A stretch of DNA of 64,000 nucleotides from an uncultured bacterium (GCA_964417675.1 CAYQJL010000282.1:148794-212793); one strand, 5' to 3'. Counted from the stretch's first letter, positions 49,255-58,246 are shown. Numbers and translations are program-made. The notes: generated from the sequence alone by a model not told the origin.

Positions 49255-49830
49255 ATGAAACACCACGACGATGGCAATTCCATCTTGGAAGCTGGAGTCG
49301 GCCACCGGTCCTCTTCCCGCGGCCATGTGCCGGTCACCGCGCTGTCGGGACAGCGCGAGCCTGCAATCGACGTGCACAGAAGAGATGCAAGACCGATCCT
49401 CGTCCCGGACCTGGAGGCATTGTCGTTTCGGAACCAGGCGTGCTCCCCTGTGAGTGCGGCGCGGCGCATCGAACGCACCGGCGAATGGCGCAAGGGCCTG
49501 GTCCGGCCGACTCCCATTGGACACCTCGGACACAATGCGATGCGCTCAGGGCTTGTGCTGTTTGCGCGGTGTCACGCTATCCGTCATCGCCACGGCCGCT
49601 GGGACTCTGGAGCCCAGATCCTGGTGACGCCGAAGGACACTGCGGCCATGCTTCCCCAAGCCACTGACCAACCAGTTGGTTCCTTCAAAGATCCTCCGCC
49701 GCCAGCCCGGCAGAGAAGTTGTCTCGATCCGACCCCAGGAAGGGCCACCAATCCCGGCCAAGGCCCTCCCTATCGGTCTGACAACCTGGGCTTCATCCAC
49801 CGTCAGGCAGGCCAGGCGGAGCTGTCATGA
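49255..49830 (+). CDS. hypothetical protein (weak call)
   Basis: 191-aa ORF whose stop overlaps the glycosyltransferase start by ATGA. There is no recognisable domain. The Arg/His/Pro-rich composition and mixed third-codon positions make it a doubtful gene. Confidence 0.25.
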   Translation: MKHHDDGNSILEAGVGHRSSSRGHVPVTALSGQREPAIDVHRRDARPILVPDLEALSFRNQACSPVSAARRIERTGEWRKGLVRPTPIGHLGHNAMRSGLVLFARCHAIRHRHGRWDSGAQILVTPKDTAAMLPQATDQPVGSFKDPPPPARQRSCLDPTPGRATNPGQGPPYRSDNLGFIHRQAGQAELS

Positions 49831-51308
49831 GTGATGCGGAGACGTCCGGGACCCAGAGTACGTGGTCCCCGGAAGGTGGGCCCGGTTCGTGGGATCGGGA
49901 TGTTCGCTCGGATCGGCCGCGAGCGATCCTTTGCTTCGCCTCTTCAGACTTCGAGGCCCCGCAGTGGGTCAATGCGCAGCACCTCATGTGGCGCCTTTCC
50001 CAGCAACGCCGGGTGCTGTATGTCAATAGTCTCGGATTGCGCACCCCCCGCTTTGATCGGCGCGATCTTTCGAAGGTTCTCCGCCGACTACGGGGATTGG
50101 CACGACTCACCTACCAGCCGGACGCAAGCCACGACCTCCATGTATTTTCTCCGGTCAGCCTTCCGCCCAGACCCGAGCCCCGCTGGCAGGCTGCTTCGGC
50201 GTGGCTGCTTCTGTTTCGTCTGCGCCGCGCCCTGCATCAGCTGCACATGTCAGACCCCATCGTATGGACCTTCCTGCCCAGCGCTGAACCGATTCTTGCC
50301 AGCCTGGATGCTCGCTCGGTCGTCTATCACTGCGTCGATGCCTACGATGCAAATCCGGATGTCGATCAGGCCCTGATCCGGGCCCTCGAGGAAAAGGTTC
50401 TCAGTCGCGCCGACCGGGTCATCGCCACATCCCGGCCACTCCACGAGCGCCTGCGGGTGCGACATCGCCGCGTGCATCTCATGCCAAACGTTGCTGACTT
50501 GAGTGCGTATCCTCCTCCAGGGTGCCCGCCGCCCCAGCCGGGTGATCTAGCACAGGTGCCGGCCCCAAGACTCATCTACGTGGGAAACCTGGCGGCATAC
50601 AAGTGTGACATCCCCGTGCTTGAAGCAACGGCCCGCGCACACCCCAGCTGGTCTTGGATCTTTGTTGGGCCGGCAGGCCTTGGAGAGCGGAAGACACCGC
50701 TCGAGACGCTTCGTCGACTGCCGAACGTCCATCTACTGGGCCCCCGACGGAGGGAAGATCTGGCCGCGTACATTCATCACTGCGATGTAGGTCTCATTCC
50801 GTTCGTGCGCAGTTCCTCTACGAGGCACAGCTTTCCCATGAAGTTCTTCGAGTACCTGGCCTGCGGCAAGCCCGTGGTCTGCTCGAATCTGGCCAGCCTT
50901 CAGGAACACCTGCGACCGGGAATCGCCTATGCGTACGGTCCCGACGAAGGGCTCCCCTCCTTGGCGGAGTGCATCGAGGCCGCCCTGTTTCTGGGTGAGA
51001 CTGCGCGTGCCCAGGCAGGTCGCGGGGCTCTGGGCGCACGCGGAGCCGAGGGGACCGGCGGAGCCGAGGGGACCGGCGGAGCCGAAGGGACCGGCGGAGC
51101 CGGCAGGGCCGAGGATCCCGGGGAGGATGCCATGCTGCCCGAAGGCGCCGGTGCGCTCATGAACGGACCCGCTCTGATGGGGACAGGTCCGCTTGTGGCT
51201 CCTGCGGGCGTGGAGACACCGTGTTCTCGACGGGTTATGGCGGAAGCTCACAGCTGGGATCGACGAATGGCCGAAATCGCAGATCTAGTTGCTCAGATCG
51301 AGCGGTGA
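49827..51308 (+). CDS. glycosyltransferase family 1 (GT4-like) protein
   Basis: The C-terminal GT-B half (LIYVGNLAAYKCDIPVLE...IPFVRSSSTRHSFPMKFFEYLACGKPVV) carries the E-x7-E-like sugar-donor motif region. An 18-bp x3.5 in-frame repeat at 51044-51115 encodes GAEGTG repeats. Confidence 0.78.
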   Translation: MSDAETSGTQSTWSPEGGPGSWDRDVRSDRPRAILCFASSDFEAPQWVNAQHLMWRLSQQRRVLYVNSLGLRTPRFDRRDLSKVLRRLRGLARLTYQPDASHDLHVFSPVSLPPRPEPRWQAASAWLLLFRLRRALHQLHMSDPIVWTFLPSAEPILASLDARSVVYHCVDAYDANPDVDQALIRALEEKVLSRADRVIATSRPLHERLRVRHRRVHLMPNVADLSAYPPPGCPPPQPGDLAQVPAPRLIYVGNLAAYKCDIPVLEATARAHPSWSWIFVGPAGLGERKTPLETLRRLPNVHLLGPRRREDLAAYIHHCDVGLIPFVRSSSTRHSFPMKFFEYLACGKPVVCSNLASLQEHLRPGIAYAYGPDEGLPSLAECIEAALFLGETARAQAGRGALGARGAEGTGGAEGTGGAEGTGGAGRAEDPGEDAMLPEGAGALMNGPALMGTGPLVAPAGVETPCSRRVMAEAHSWDRRMAEIADLVAQIER

Positions 51309-51473
51309 TGCGGCCCACCTCGCAACGCGCCTGCCGGAACGAGCTGCCGGGAGGGGGTTGGGGGATTGGGGGGAAGAGAGATCTGAACCTCGGGAGGTTT
51401 GGCACCAGAGGCGCCATACCGCTGGGCACTCCTGGGCAGGCAGGGAGAGCTGAAGTCGGAGAGCAGGAAGTGG

Positions 51474-51522
51474 GCGCAAGAAAATTCCCGCTGGACCCGA
51501 AGGCCCAGCGGGAAAATTCCAG
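51474..51522 (-). terminator. rho-independent terminator of the PPC-domain protein gene
   Basis: On the minus strand the stem CCCGCUGG / CCAGCGGG (8 bp, 10-nt loop) is followed by AAUUUUCUU. It lies 17 nt after the stop at 51539 and is the only terminator in the window with a clear U-tract. Confidence 0.7.
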
Positions 51523-51538
51523 CAATACACCGATACGA

Positions 51539-52099
51539 CTACTTGAACATACCCTTGATGGTACCCCAAGTCGGCGACTCGGTGGGCGAGCCACCCTGGT
51601 CACCATACATGTCGATCGTGTAGTAGCCGCAGTCGCCGCCGTAACCGTCAACCACGATGTAGTACGTGTGGCCGAGGTTCAGCTGGAGACCCATGATTTC
51701 GGAAACCCAACCGGGGCACTCGTCGTCGTTGCAGGCGAACGGGGCACCAGGGGTAACTTCATCTTCGTACAGATACAGCTTGGTGTCATACGTCGAGGCA
51801 CCACAGAGTGTGATGTCAACCAGGCCGTCACCCGTCGGGGTGTACTGGTAAACGACGTCAGGCGAGGTCGAGCCGGTGTAAGGGCAAACCTCATCGTAGT
51901 CATCCAGGAACCCGCAGGTGTCGCCATCGTCCGCGAAAGGCAGCTCCATGATGACAACTGCATTCGCAACGTCTTCACCACCGACGCGCTCGCCACTGTA
52001 GACGGGCGTGCCAGGCACGTAGTCAATCGGCCACTTTTCAGCATTGGCCGTCGCGCCAAACACGAGACCCAACACCGCTAGAAGCGCCAAGAACCTCAT
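51539..52099 (-). CDS. small Cys-rich secreted protein with PPC (bacterial pre-peptidase C-terminal)-like domain
   Basis: Trimmed to MRFLALLAVLGLVFGATANA, a signal peptide. DVVYQYTPTGDGLVDITL...YDTKLYLYED matches the PPC-domain pattern (D.DLYLYD). A perfect SD AAGGAGG lies 7 nt before the verified ATG. Codon usage is T-ending-rich, unlike its neighbours. Confidence 0.72.
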   Translation of the reverse strand: MRFLALLAVLGLVFGATANAEKWPIDYVPGTPVYSGERVGGEDVANAVVIMELPFADDGDTCGFLDDYDEVCPYTGSTSPDVVYQYTPTGDGLVDITLCGASTYDTKLYLYEDEVTPGAPFACNDDECPGWVSEIMGLQLNLGHTYYIVVDGYGGDCGYYTIDMYGDQGGSPTESPTWGTIKGMFK

Positions 52100-52613
52100 T
52101 TGAACCTCCTTACAAGATGCACATTGGACATACCTGGGCTTCTGGAGTGGCACGCACCAGAAACCACCAGATGCTCCATGCGGAGGATTGTCACACTCCC
52201 GCTGCGGGTGGGTTCGTCCGCAATCGGACCTGCTCCAATCAGAGATAATTCTAGCACAACAGCGCTGTTCATGCGAATCCGTTTATTGGACACACGGAAG
52301 TTCCTGCCAACCGATGGTTCTTCTCGTCCATTGCAGACCCCTCCCCACGCGACCATCGCCCGTAACAGTATTTATGGCAATGCGTTACAGGACAGCGCCC
52401 CTCGGTCTTGTTTCGCGCTCGCTTCGCGGGGACGAACTCGAAGGCCGAGTGAGGGACACCGATCGAGGCCTCCAGACCCACGACCCAATCCAAGAGACCA
52501 CTTGCCTGCCAGACAATCAGCCGTCATCAGCGATGATCACTTCGATCGGTGCCGCCTTGGCCAGACAGGTTCTCGCATCGTCACCAGCCCTGGGCAGACA
52601 GGTTCTTGCATCG

Positions 52614-53984
52614 TCACCAGCCTTGAGGCACCAATTCGAAGTCGCCGTAACCATTTCGATCCACGAACACGAACCTCCGGCCAAGACGATCGTAGAACCA
52701 CACCTCGAGGGTGCGGCCGTAGTAGCTGTGGCGATCTCGAGTGATCTCGTCCGGAGCCCCATACGTGATGTAGATCTCACCGCGGTCGGTCTGCCAGCCG
52801 GGCCGCATGACACCGAAACTTCGGTTGGCGAAGTTCACACGCTGGATGAATTCCTCTTTGAACTCGTTGACCTCGCTCTCCGGGGTGGGGTCCCGCTTCT
52901 TCCAGAACTCGCGCCAGAGAGCCCACCGTTCCTCTGGAGGGGCGGCGCGCAGGGGATCGATCTCATCGTCATGGGCGATGAGGTTGAGCACATCAATCGA
53001 CTCGCGCAAGAAGCGCGCCAAGGCTTCCGGCGACTCTGCCAGAAGGCTGACCGACGTCTGCGCCTCAAGGGTGTACTCACTCACTCGAGCGTTAACGTCC
53101 AGGAGATAGGCATCCAGCCATAAGTCCGCGACTGGGATCGGCCAGCACAGGGACGACAAGTCTCGTTCGCCACGGACACCCGCTTCTCCCTCTCGGACCA
53201 TTCGTCCGCCAGAGTCGGTAAGCCTCCACCTCAGTTCTATCTCAGGATACTCAAGCCCCTGATGGTACAACTCGGCATACACGCACAGCGTGTCTCTGGG
53301 CTCTGCGAACTCGCGGTGCAGGAGTCCGTCCTGCCGCAGAGACGTCAGACCCGCGGTGTGGCCACACTCCCCGAGCAGTACCTCCGAGAGGAAGGGCCGG
53401 CCAGGGACTCGAATGGGCAGCTTGCCCCCCACGCATACCTGGCCTTCCTGGCCGGAGTTGGGCTCCGAAACCCGCACGCTGAACCCATACCGCCCGGGTG
53501 TCAGCCGGAAGACAATGTCTTTCTCGAAGCGGGCACCCCGGCGGTGAATCTCGCCCCGATCGGGGATCTGTAGGCTCACGGGCCAAAGGTCCCCGGCCAC
53601 CTGACGGTCTTCCTGGAAGGCATGCACGATGATTTCGAATTCGGCCCGATACCCGCTCTCCCCTTTGCGAAAGCAGAGCTCAGTGTAGGGAACCGTCACG
53701 TGAAGCAGCGCACATGTGCTGTCATCCTGAACCGCGGCACTGACCTCAGCGCGGAAGCGGGGACGCTGGAGGTTCTCCGCCCGGGCGGGAGCATCGTGAC
53801 GGCATGGCGCCGCCATGGCGGGCCACGAGAAGCAAGCAGCCGAAGCCAAGCAGGCAGCCCAAACCAGCCCAATTGGCCATGCCGAGCGGCGGAGTCCGCG
53901 GCAACTCGGACGTAAGCTCTGGAGCTCCCCCAGCTGGTTGGAGGCACGCGCCGATGTCCTGGTTCGCCTTGGCATGATGCCCAT
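52614..53984 (-). CDS. GWxTD-domain protein
   Basis: A signal peptide (IGLVWAACLASAAC) and a C-terminal GWQTDRGEIYITYGAPDEI...WFYD core match the GWxTD family as I recall it. Confidence 0.75.
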   Translation of the reverse strand: MGIMPRRTRTSARASNQLGELQSLRPSCRGLRRSAWPIGLVWAACLASAACFSWPAMAAPCRHDAPARAENLQRPRFRAEVSAAVQDDSTCALLHVTVPYTELCFRKGESGYRAEFEIIVHAFQEDRQVAGDLWPVSLQIPDRGEIHRRGARFEKDIVFRLTPGRYGFSVRVSEPNSGQEGQVCVGGKLPIRVPGRPFLSEVLLGECGHTAGLTSLRQDGLLHREFAEPRDTLCVYAELYHQGLEYPEIELRWRLTDSGGRMVREGEAGVRGERDLSSLCWPIPVADLWLDAYLLDVNARVSEYTLEAQTSVSLLAESPEALARFLRESIDVLNLIAHDDEIDPLRAAPPEERWALWREFWKKRDPTPESEVNEFKEEFIQRVNFANRSFGVMRPGWQTDRGEIYITYGAPDEITRDRHSYYGRTLEVWFYDRLGRRFVFVDRNGYGDFELVPQGW

Positions 53985-54157
53985 ACTCTCTCGTGATCGG
54001 CGGCCAACGCACGCCTCTCGCCGGCCGACCGCAGCCGCATTCGGATGTGGCCGGTCCGGAAGGCTTCGGTGGGACCCACCGGAGCGTCCCCTCCGAGGGG
54101 ACCCACCGGAGTGACCTTCGGCGGTGCCGCCCTCCGCCCGGGAAGGTGCCGGATCGC

Positions 54158-55252
54158 CTACTCGTCGCCGAAACGCGTGCCGACCATGCGGGCCACGTCG
54201 ACGATCTCGGACTCGGGATCAACGAGTCTCAAGGACTCCACGGCCTCAGCGATCGGGACTTGCGTGATCTCCGTCCCTCTCAGTGAAACCATGACATCCT
54301 GCATACCCAAGGCGGCACACTTTGCTGCATGAACCCCGTAGCGTGTCCCCAGGATGCGATCATGGGCCGTTGGGCTTCCGCCCCGCTGCAGGTGACCCAG
54401 AACGGTAACGCGCACCTCATCGTCGAGTTGCCGCTCGAGCTCCGCGGCCAGCCAGTGTCCGATCCCCCCCAGCCGGACGGCATCGGTCGAGTCCTCCACC
54501 CGTTTGGCCACCACCAGATCGCCGTCCTGCGTCTTGGCACCCTCCGCCACCACAATCAGGGTGTAGTCGCGGCCCTGGAATTTGCGGTCTTTGATCGCGC
54601 TCACGACGCCGTTTACGGTGAAAGGGATCTCCGGCACGAGAATGATGTCGCCTCCGCCCGCCAATCCGGCCTCGAGGGCGATCCAGCCGGCGTAGCGCCC
54701 CATGACCTCGAGAACCATGACCCGGCCGTGGGATTCGGCAGTAGTGTGGAGTTTGTCGAGGGCCTCGCATGCTGTTGTGACGGCTGTATCGAACCCGAAG
54801 GTCACGTCGGTCGCCGCAAGATCGTTGTCGATTGTCTTGGGGATTCCGATGACCGGCATGCCACGCTTGCCCAGATCCCTGGCAATCGAAAGACTCCCAT
54901 CCCCACCAATGACCACGAGCACATCGAGCCCGTAACGCTCGAAGGTCCGCATCGCCTCCTCGGAACGATCCTCGTACTCGATCTTGCCGTTCACCTTCAC
55001 AGGAACGCGGAAGGGATTGTCCTTGTTCGAAGAACCGAGAATCGTTCCGCCGCGATGCAGGACGCCGGACACCGCATCCGAATCCAACCGAGTCATACGA
55101 TCCCGAATCAGCCCGGCAAATCCGTTGAGAAACCCCACGACGTGCATGTCGTGACGAAAGGAGGCCGTCTTGACCAATGCTCGCAGTACAGCGTTCAGCC
55201 CCGGGCAATCACCCCCACCGGTGAGCACCCCCACTCGTTTGACCTTGCCCAT
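54158..55252 (-). CDS. pfkA: 6-phosphofructokinase
   Basis: MGKVKRVGVLTGGGDCPGLNAVLRA, IGGDGSLSIA and the PKTIDNDL fructose-6-P site. A strong SD AAGGAGGA lies upstream. Confidence 0.93.
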   Translation of the reverse strand: MGKVKRVGVLTGGGDCPGLNAVLRALVKTASFRHDMHVVGFLNGFAGLIRDRMTRLDSDAVSGVLHRGGTILGSSNKDNPFRVPVKVNGKIEYEDRSEEAMRTFERYGLDVLVVIGGDGSLSIARDLGKRGMPVIGIPKTIDNDLAATDVTFGFDTAVTTACEALDKLHTTAESHGRVMVLEVMGRYAGWIALEAGLAGGGDIILVPEIPFTVNGVVSAIKDRKFQGRDYTLIVVAEGAKTQDGDLVVAKRVEDSTDAVRLGGIGHWLAAELERQLDDEVRVTVLGHLQRGGSPTAHDRILGTRYGVHAAKCAALGMQDVMVSLRGTEITQVPIAEAVESLRLVDPESEIVDVARMVGTRFGDE

Positions 55253-55491
55253 TCGTCGCCTCCTCCTTGAGACTGTGCCTCTGATCCTACGCGGACATGG
55301 CGCAAATGCGCCACCCCGGGGTCAACGATCCGCCGCCCGGGTGGGATGCCACGCTCAGGATGAATCCTAGCCGATGGATGGCTGAAGAGCTAGAACGGCT
55401 AGATGCTCACAATCAACCTCGGCTTTCCGCGTGCCGATCTAAAGGGAGCCGGCGGTTCTGGCTCTCCGTCGGGGGGAAGGAGTACACCAGA

Positions 55492-56883
55492 ATGAAACGC
55501 GTGAGACCCTCGCGCAAGCAGCCACGAACCGCGGCTTCAAGGTCTCGGATCCCACGGTCGCCTGCAGGGACGGCCACACCCTCGAAGCGTCAGAACCTTG
55601 GCACGGAGCAAGCACCTTCCAGGGGCAAGAGAGGCTCAGAGGAGGGAACGCTGTCCAGGGAGCGCAGGCGCGCCGCGGAGCAAGCTCCCGCCAAGACTCC
55701 TTCCCGGAAGCGCACGCCGAAGGAAAGCCAGAAGCCGTCCAGGAAGGTTTCCGGCAAGAGTGGGCCGGCCAAGAGCGGTCGGCCTGCCAGTGGGGTGCCT
55801 GCGGACCACAAGGGGCGTGCCGGCAGCAAGGGCGCTGCACGGCAGGCCGATCGCGCCGGTCGGGCCGGGGACGCCACTTCGCTCTCCCAGAACGCGTCGC
55901 AGCGCAAGCGGGCCGCCAGGAAGGCACGCGGCAGGCGGCAACCGCTAGTCCGACCCGAGACCGAAACACTCCTTCACCTGGAAGACCTCTTGAAGAGCCG
56001 CATTGTCGGCAAGGACGAGGCGATCCAACGCGTGGCCGATTCGATTCGGATCCGCAGAACCAATCTTGACTTCCGACCGCAGCGCCCAGACGGCAGCTTC
56101 CTCTTGGTGGGTCCTCCAGGTGTCGGGAAGTCCGAATTCGCGCATGCCGTGGCCGAAGTTCTGTTGGGAAATGAGAGTCTCGTCGTTGACCTCGACATGG
56201 CAGACTACACCGAGGAAGAGGATGTGGAGGATCTCCTGGTCACGGCCTATCCCGGTGTCGAGGGGCTGCTGGTCGAGGGCGCTCTCACCACGCCGATGCG
56301 CAAGAATCCCCGCTCCGTGATTCTCTTCCACGGCATCGAGCGGGCCCATCCGGCCGTGCTGCGCCTCATGATGCACGTACTCGAACGGGGTGTGATCTCG
56401 GACGCTCAGGGCGAAGTTGTGTTCAACGAAGCCATCGTCTTCGCAACGACGCGCCTGCTGTTCGAAGACGGCGAGGTGGTGCAGCAGATCGGTTTCAAGC
56501 GTTCGACAGCCCCTCACGAGGACAGGGTGCGCAGGATGCTGGAAGATCAGTTCTCACCGGAGTTGGTCAGCGCCTTCAACGAAGTGCTCTTCTTCAAGGC
56601 GCTGACTCCGGAGGATGTCCGTCTCATCGCGCGGTTCAAGGTCAGCACTGTCCTTGAGCGGCTCAAGAAGCAGAAGCGCGGCGTGGTTATCAGCGACCGC
56701 GTATGGGACACATTCATCTGGGAGGACGAGGTCAGAAGGACAGGGGCCCGCTATCTGAATCGGGCTCTTGAGGAACGGTTGTTCACGCCGCTGTCGAAGT
56801 ACCTGCTTGAGCACTCCACTGCCCGGAGCATTCTCGTGGACGTTCGCGATCGCAAGTTGGTGATCCGCCACGACGAGTCATGA
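55492..56883 (+). CDS. standalone ClpA/ClpB D2-like AAA+ domain protein with a degenerate Walker B and a basic N-terminal tail of about 200 aa
   Basis: SD AAGGAG lies 10 nt before the ATG at 55492 (verified). The first roughly 200 residues are K/R/S/P/A-rich low complexity. After that, LEDLLKSRIVGKDEAIQRVADSIRIRR...FLLVGPPGVGKSEFAHAVAEVL (Walker A intact) aligns with the Clp D2 domain. The Walker-B position reads SVILFHGIERAHPAV, where Clp has SVILLDEVEKAHPDV. Confidence 0.8.
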   Translation: MKRVRPSRKQPRTAASRSRIPRSPAGTATPSKRQNLGTEQAPSRGKRGSEEGTLSRERRRAAEQAPAKTPSRKRTPKESQKPSRKVSGKSGPAKSGRPASGVPADHKGRAGSKGAARQADRAGRAGDATSLSQNASQRKRAARKARGRRQPLVRPETETLLHLEDLLKSRIVGKDEAIQRVADSIRIRRTNLDFRPQRPDGSFLLVGPPGVGKSEFAHAVAEVLLGNESLVVDLDMADYTEEEDVEDLLVTAYPGVEGLLVEGALTTPMRKNPRSVILFHGIERAHPAVLRLMMHVLERGVISDAQGEVVFNEAIVFATTRLLFEDGEVVQQIGFKRSTAPHEDRVRRMLEDQFSPELVSAFNEVLFFKALTPEDVRLIARFKVSTVLERLKKQKRGVVISDRVWDTFIWEDEVRRTGARYLNRALEERLFTPLSKYLLEHSTARSILVDVRDRKLVIRHDES

Positions 56884-57005
56884 TCGGCAGCAGCAGAAGC
56901 CGTTCGCGGTCACCGGGAGCTGTGGTCGGGAACCGCCGGATCATGCCCGCCGGGGATCCGGGCAAGGCCCCCGAGTAGGCGCTCGGGAGCGAATCCGATC
57001 CGAAG

Positions 57006-57971
57006 CTAGTCCCGGTCATCGGGTATCCAACCCGCAACCAGTTGTGCGATACCCGCCGCGAACTGCGGGCCGATCTGCTCGGCCATCAGCATCACCTCTT
57101 CGTGTGACAGCGGTCTGGCGGACAGACCCGTACCGAGGTTGGTGATCAGTGAGGCGGCCACTGCATCGACACCGCAGCGAGCCGCCTCCTCGACTTCCAC
57201 AACCGTTGACATACATGCGGCTTGCGCTCCCACGCGCCGCGCCATCTCCACCTCGGCGGCCGTTTCGTAGGCCGGGCCCAGACACCCCATCAGTACCCCG
57301 CGAACCGTCCGGAGGCCCGCCGCGCTGAGCACGCGATAGAATTCTTCCGTGCGACCGGGGTGATAGGGCGTCCCGCGCCCGGCATCAGCCTTGACAATGC
57401 CCTGGAGGGGACCTGCTCCGAGGAGCAGGATGCGAATGTGGTCCTCGACCACCATGATCGTGCCAGGCGTGATGTTGGGATCGAGCGAGCCGGCGGCATT
57501 GGTGAAGATCATCCACCCGGCTCCAAGCGCCGCGGCCAGGCGAACGGCAAAGGTGACATCCGGCCGTTCGTAGCCCTCATAGAAGTGCACCCGGCCCTGG
57601 AACACCAACCCCACATGCTGACCGGAGATCCTGTCGCTCCCTCGCCGGGCCTCGATCTCGCCTGGAGCGTGGCAGCCCGTCACATCCTGGCCGCCGGTGT
57701 CAGCCTCGCTGCCACCGGCACGCAGGGCTCCGTCCGCGCCCGACCCATCCCATCGCACGACTGCCATGCGGCCAGCGTGCCCCGCCACTGTCGATCTCGG
57801 GTATCCCGGTATATCCGCGCCCTGCAGGGTCGTGACCGTGGGCCATGTCTCAAGCAGGCTGCCGAGGCCCGACCCCAGCACGATGCCCCCCACCACCTGT
57901 GCATCCCCTATCGCACGCTGAAGATGCGCGAGGGTTTCTGCGGAAATGCCGAAGCGATCGCCAAGAGTCAT
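57006..57971 (-). CDS. purine nucleoside phosphorylase (PNP/MTAP family)
   Basis: Trimmed to MTLGDRFGISAETLAHLQRAIGD (ATG verified). VLGSGLG phosphate-binding motif, HFYEGY, and a C-terminal MSTVVE..ASLITN region. A Gly/Asp-rich insert sits after the first beta-strands. Confidence 0.85.
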   Translation of the reverse strand: MTLGDRFGISAETLAHLQRAIGDAQVVGGIVLGSGLGSLLETWPTVTTLQGADIPGYPRSTVAGHAGRMAVVRWDGSGADGALRAGGSEADTGGQDVTGCHAPGEIEARRGSDRISGQHVGLVFQGRVHFYEGYERPDVTFAVRLAAALGAGWMIFTNAAGSLDPNITPGTIMVVEDHIRILLLGAGPLQGIVKADAGRGTPYHPGRTEEFYRVLSAAGLRTVRGVLMGCLGPAYETAAEVEMARRVGAQAACMSTVVEVEEAARCGVDAVAASLITNLGTGLSARPLSHEEVMLMAEQIGPQFAAGIAQLVAGWIPDDRD

Positions 57972-58133
57972 GTTCCCACCCGCGTCATCGTTTCCACCCG
58001 CATCGTCGCTCCCACCGGTATTGTCGGTCGTACCGCTCCCATGAACCCGTCTTGCGAAACCCACAGCGGCCATCGAATCCAATCACATTCAACCCAGCAG
58101 CAGCTTCCTCCGTTCCACAAGAGGCCGCGGCGG

Positions 58134-58228
58134 CCGTCCGCCGCATGCGCCCGGGGCGTCCGTCCACCGCATGCGCTCGGGGCGGCCATCCACCGCATGC
58201 GCTCGGGGCGGCCGTCCGCCACGTGGTC
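58134..58228. repeat. about 27-bp x3.5 tandem repeat in the PNP-upstream spacer
   Basis: ccgtccgccgcatgcgcccggggcgt, ccgtccaccgcatgcgctcggggcgg, ccatccaccgcatgcgctcggggcgg, ccgtccgcc. An additional 18-bp x3 repeat (cccacccgcgtcatcgtt...) lies at 57972-58030. Confidence 0.8.
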
Positions 58229-58246
58229 AACTTGAGCTATCCCCGC

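Noticed and set aside
49248-49830. Alternative ORFs 49248..49667 (+) and 49546..49800 (-) competing with the 191-aa hypothetical
   Set aside because: All three have artefact-like Arg/Pro/His-rich composition. Only the 49255..49830 frame is kept, at low confidence, because of its ATGA junction with the downstream glycosyltransferase.
42095-55491. Sigma-54 (TGGCAC-N5-TTGCW) promoters upstream of + strand genes, expected because rpoN is in the window
   Set aside because: I could not find a convincing -24/-12 element in the upstream regions checked (42.1, 42.7, 44.4, 47.1, 55.4 kb). I did not scan the whole window, so this is not excluded.
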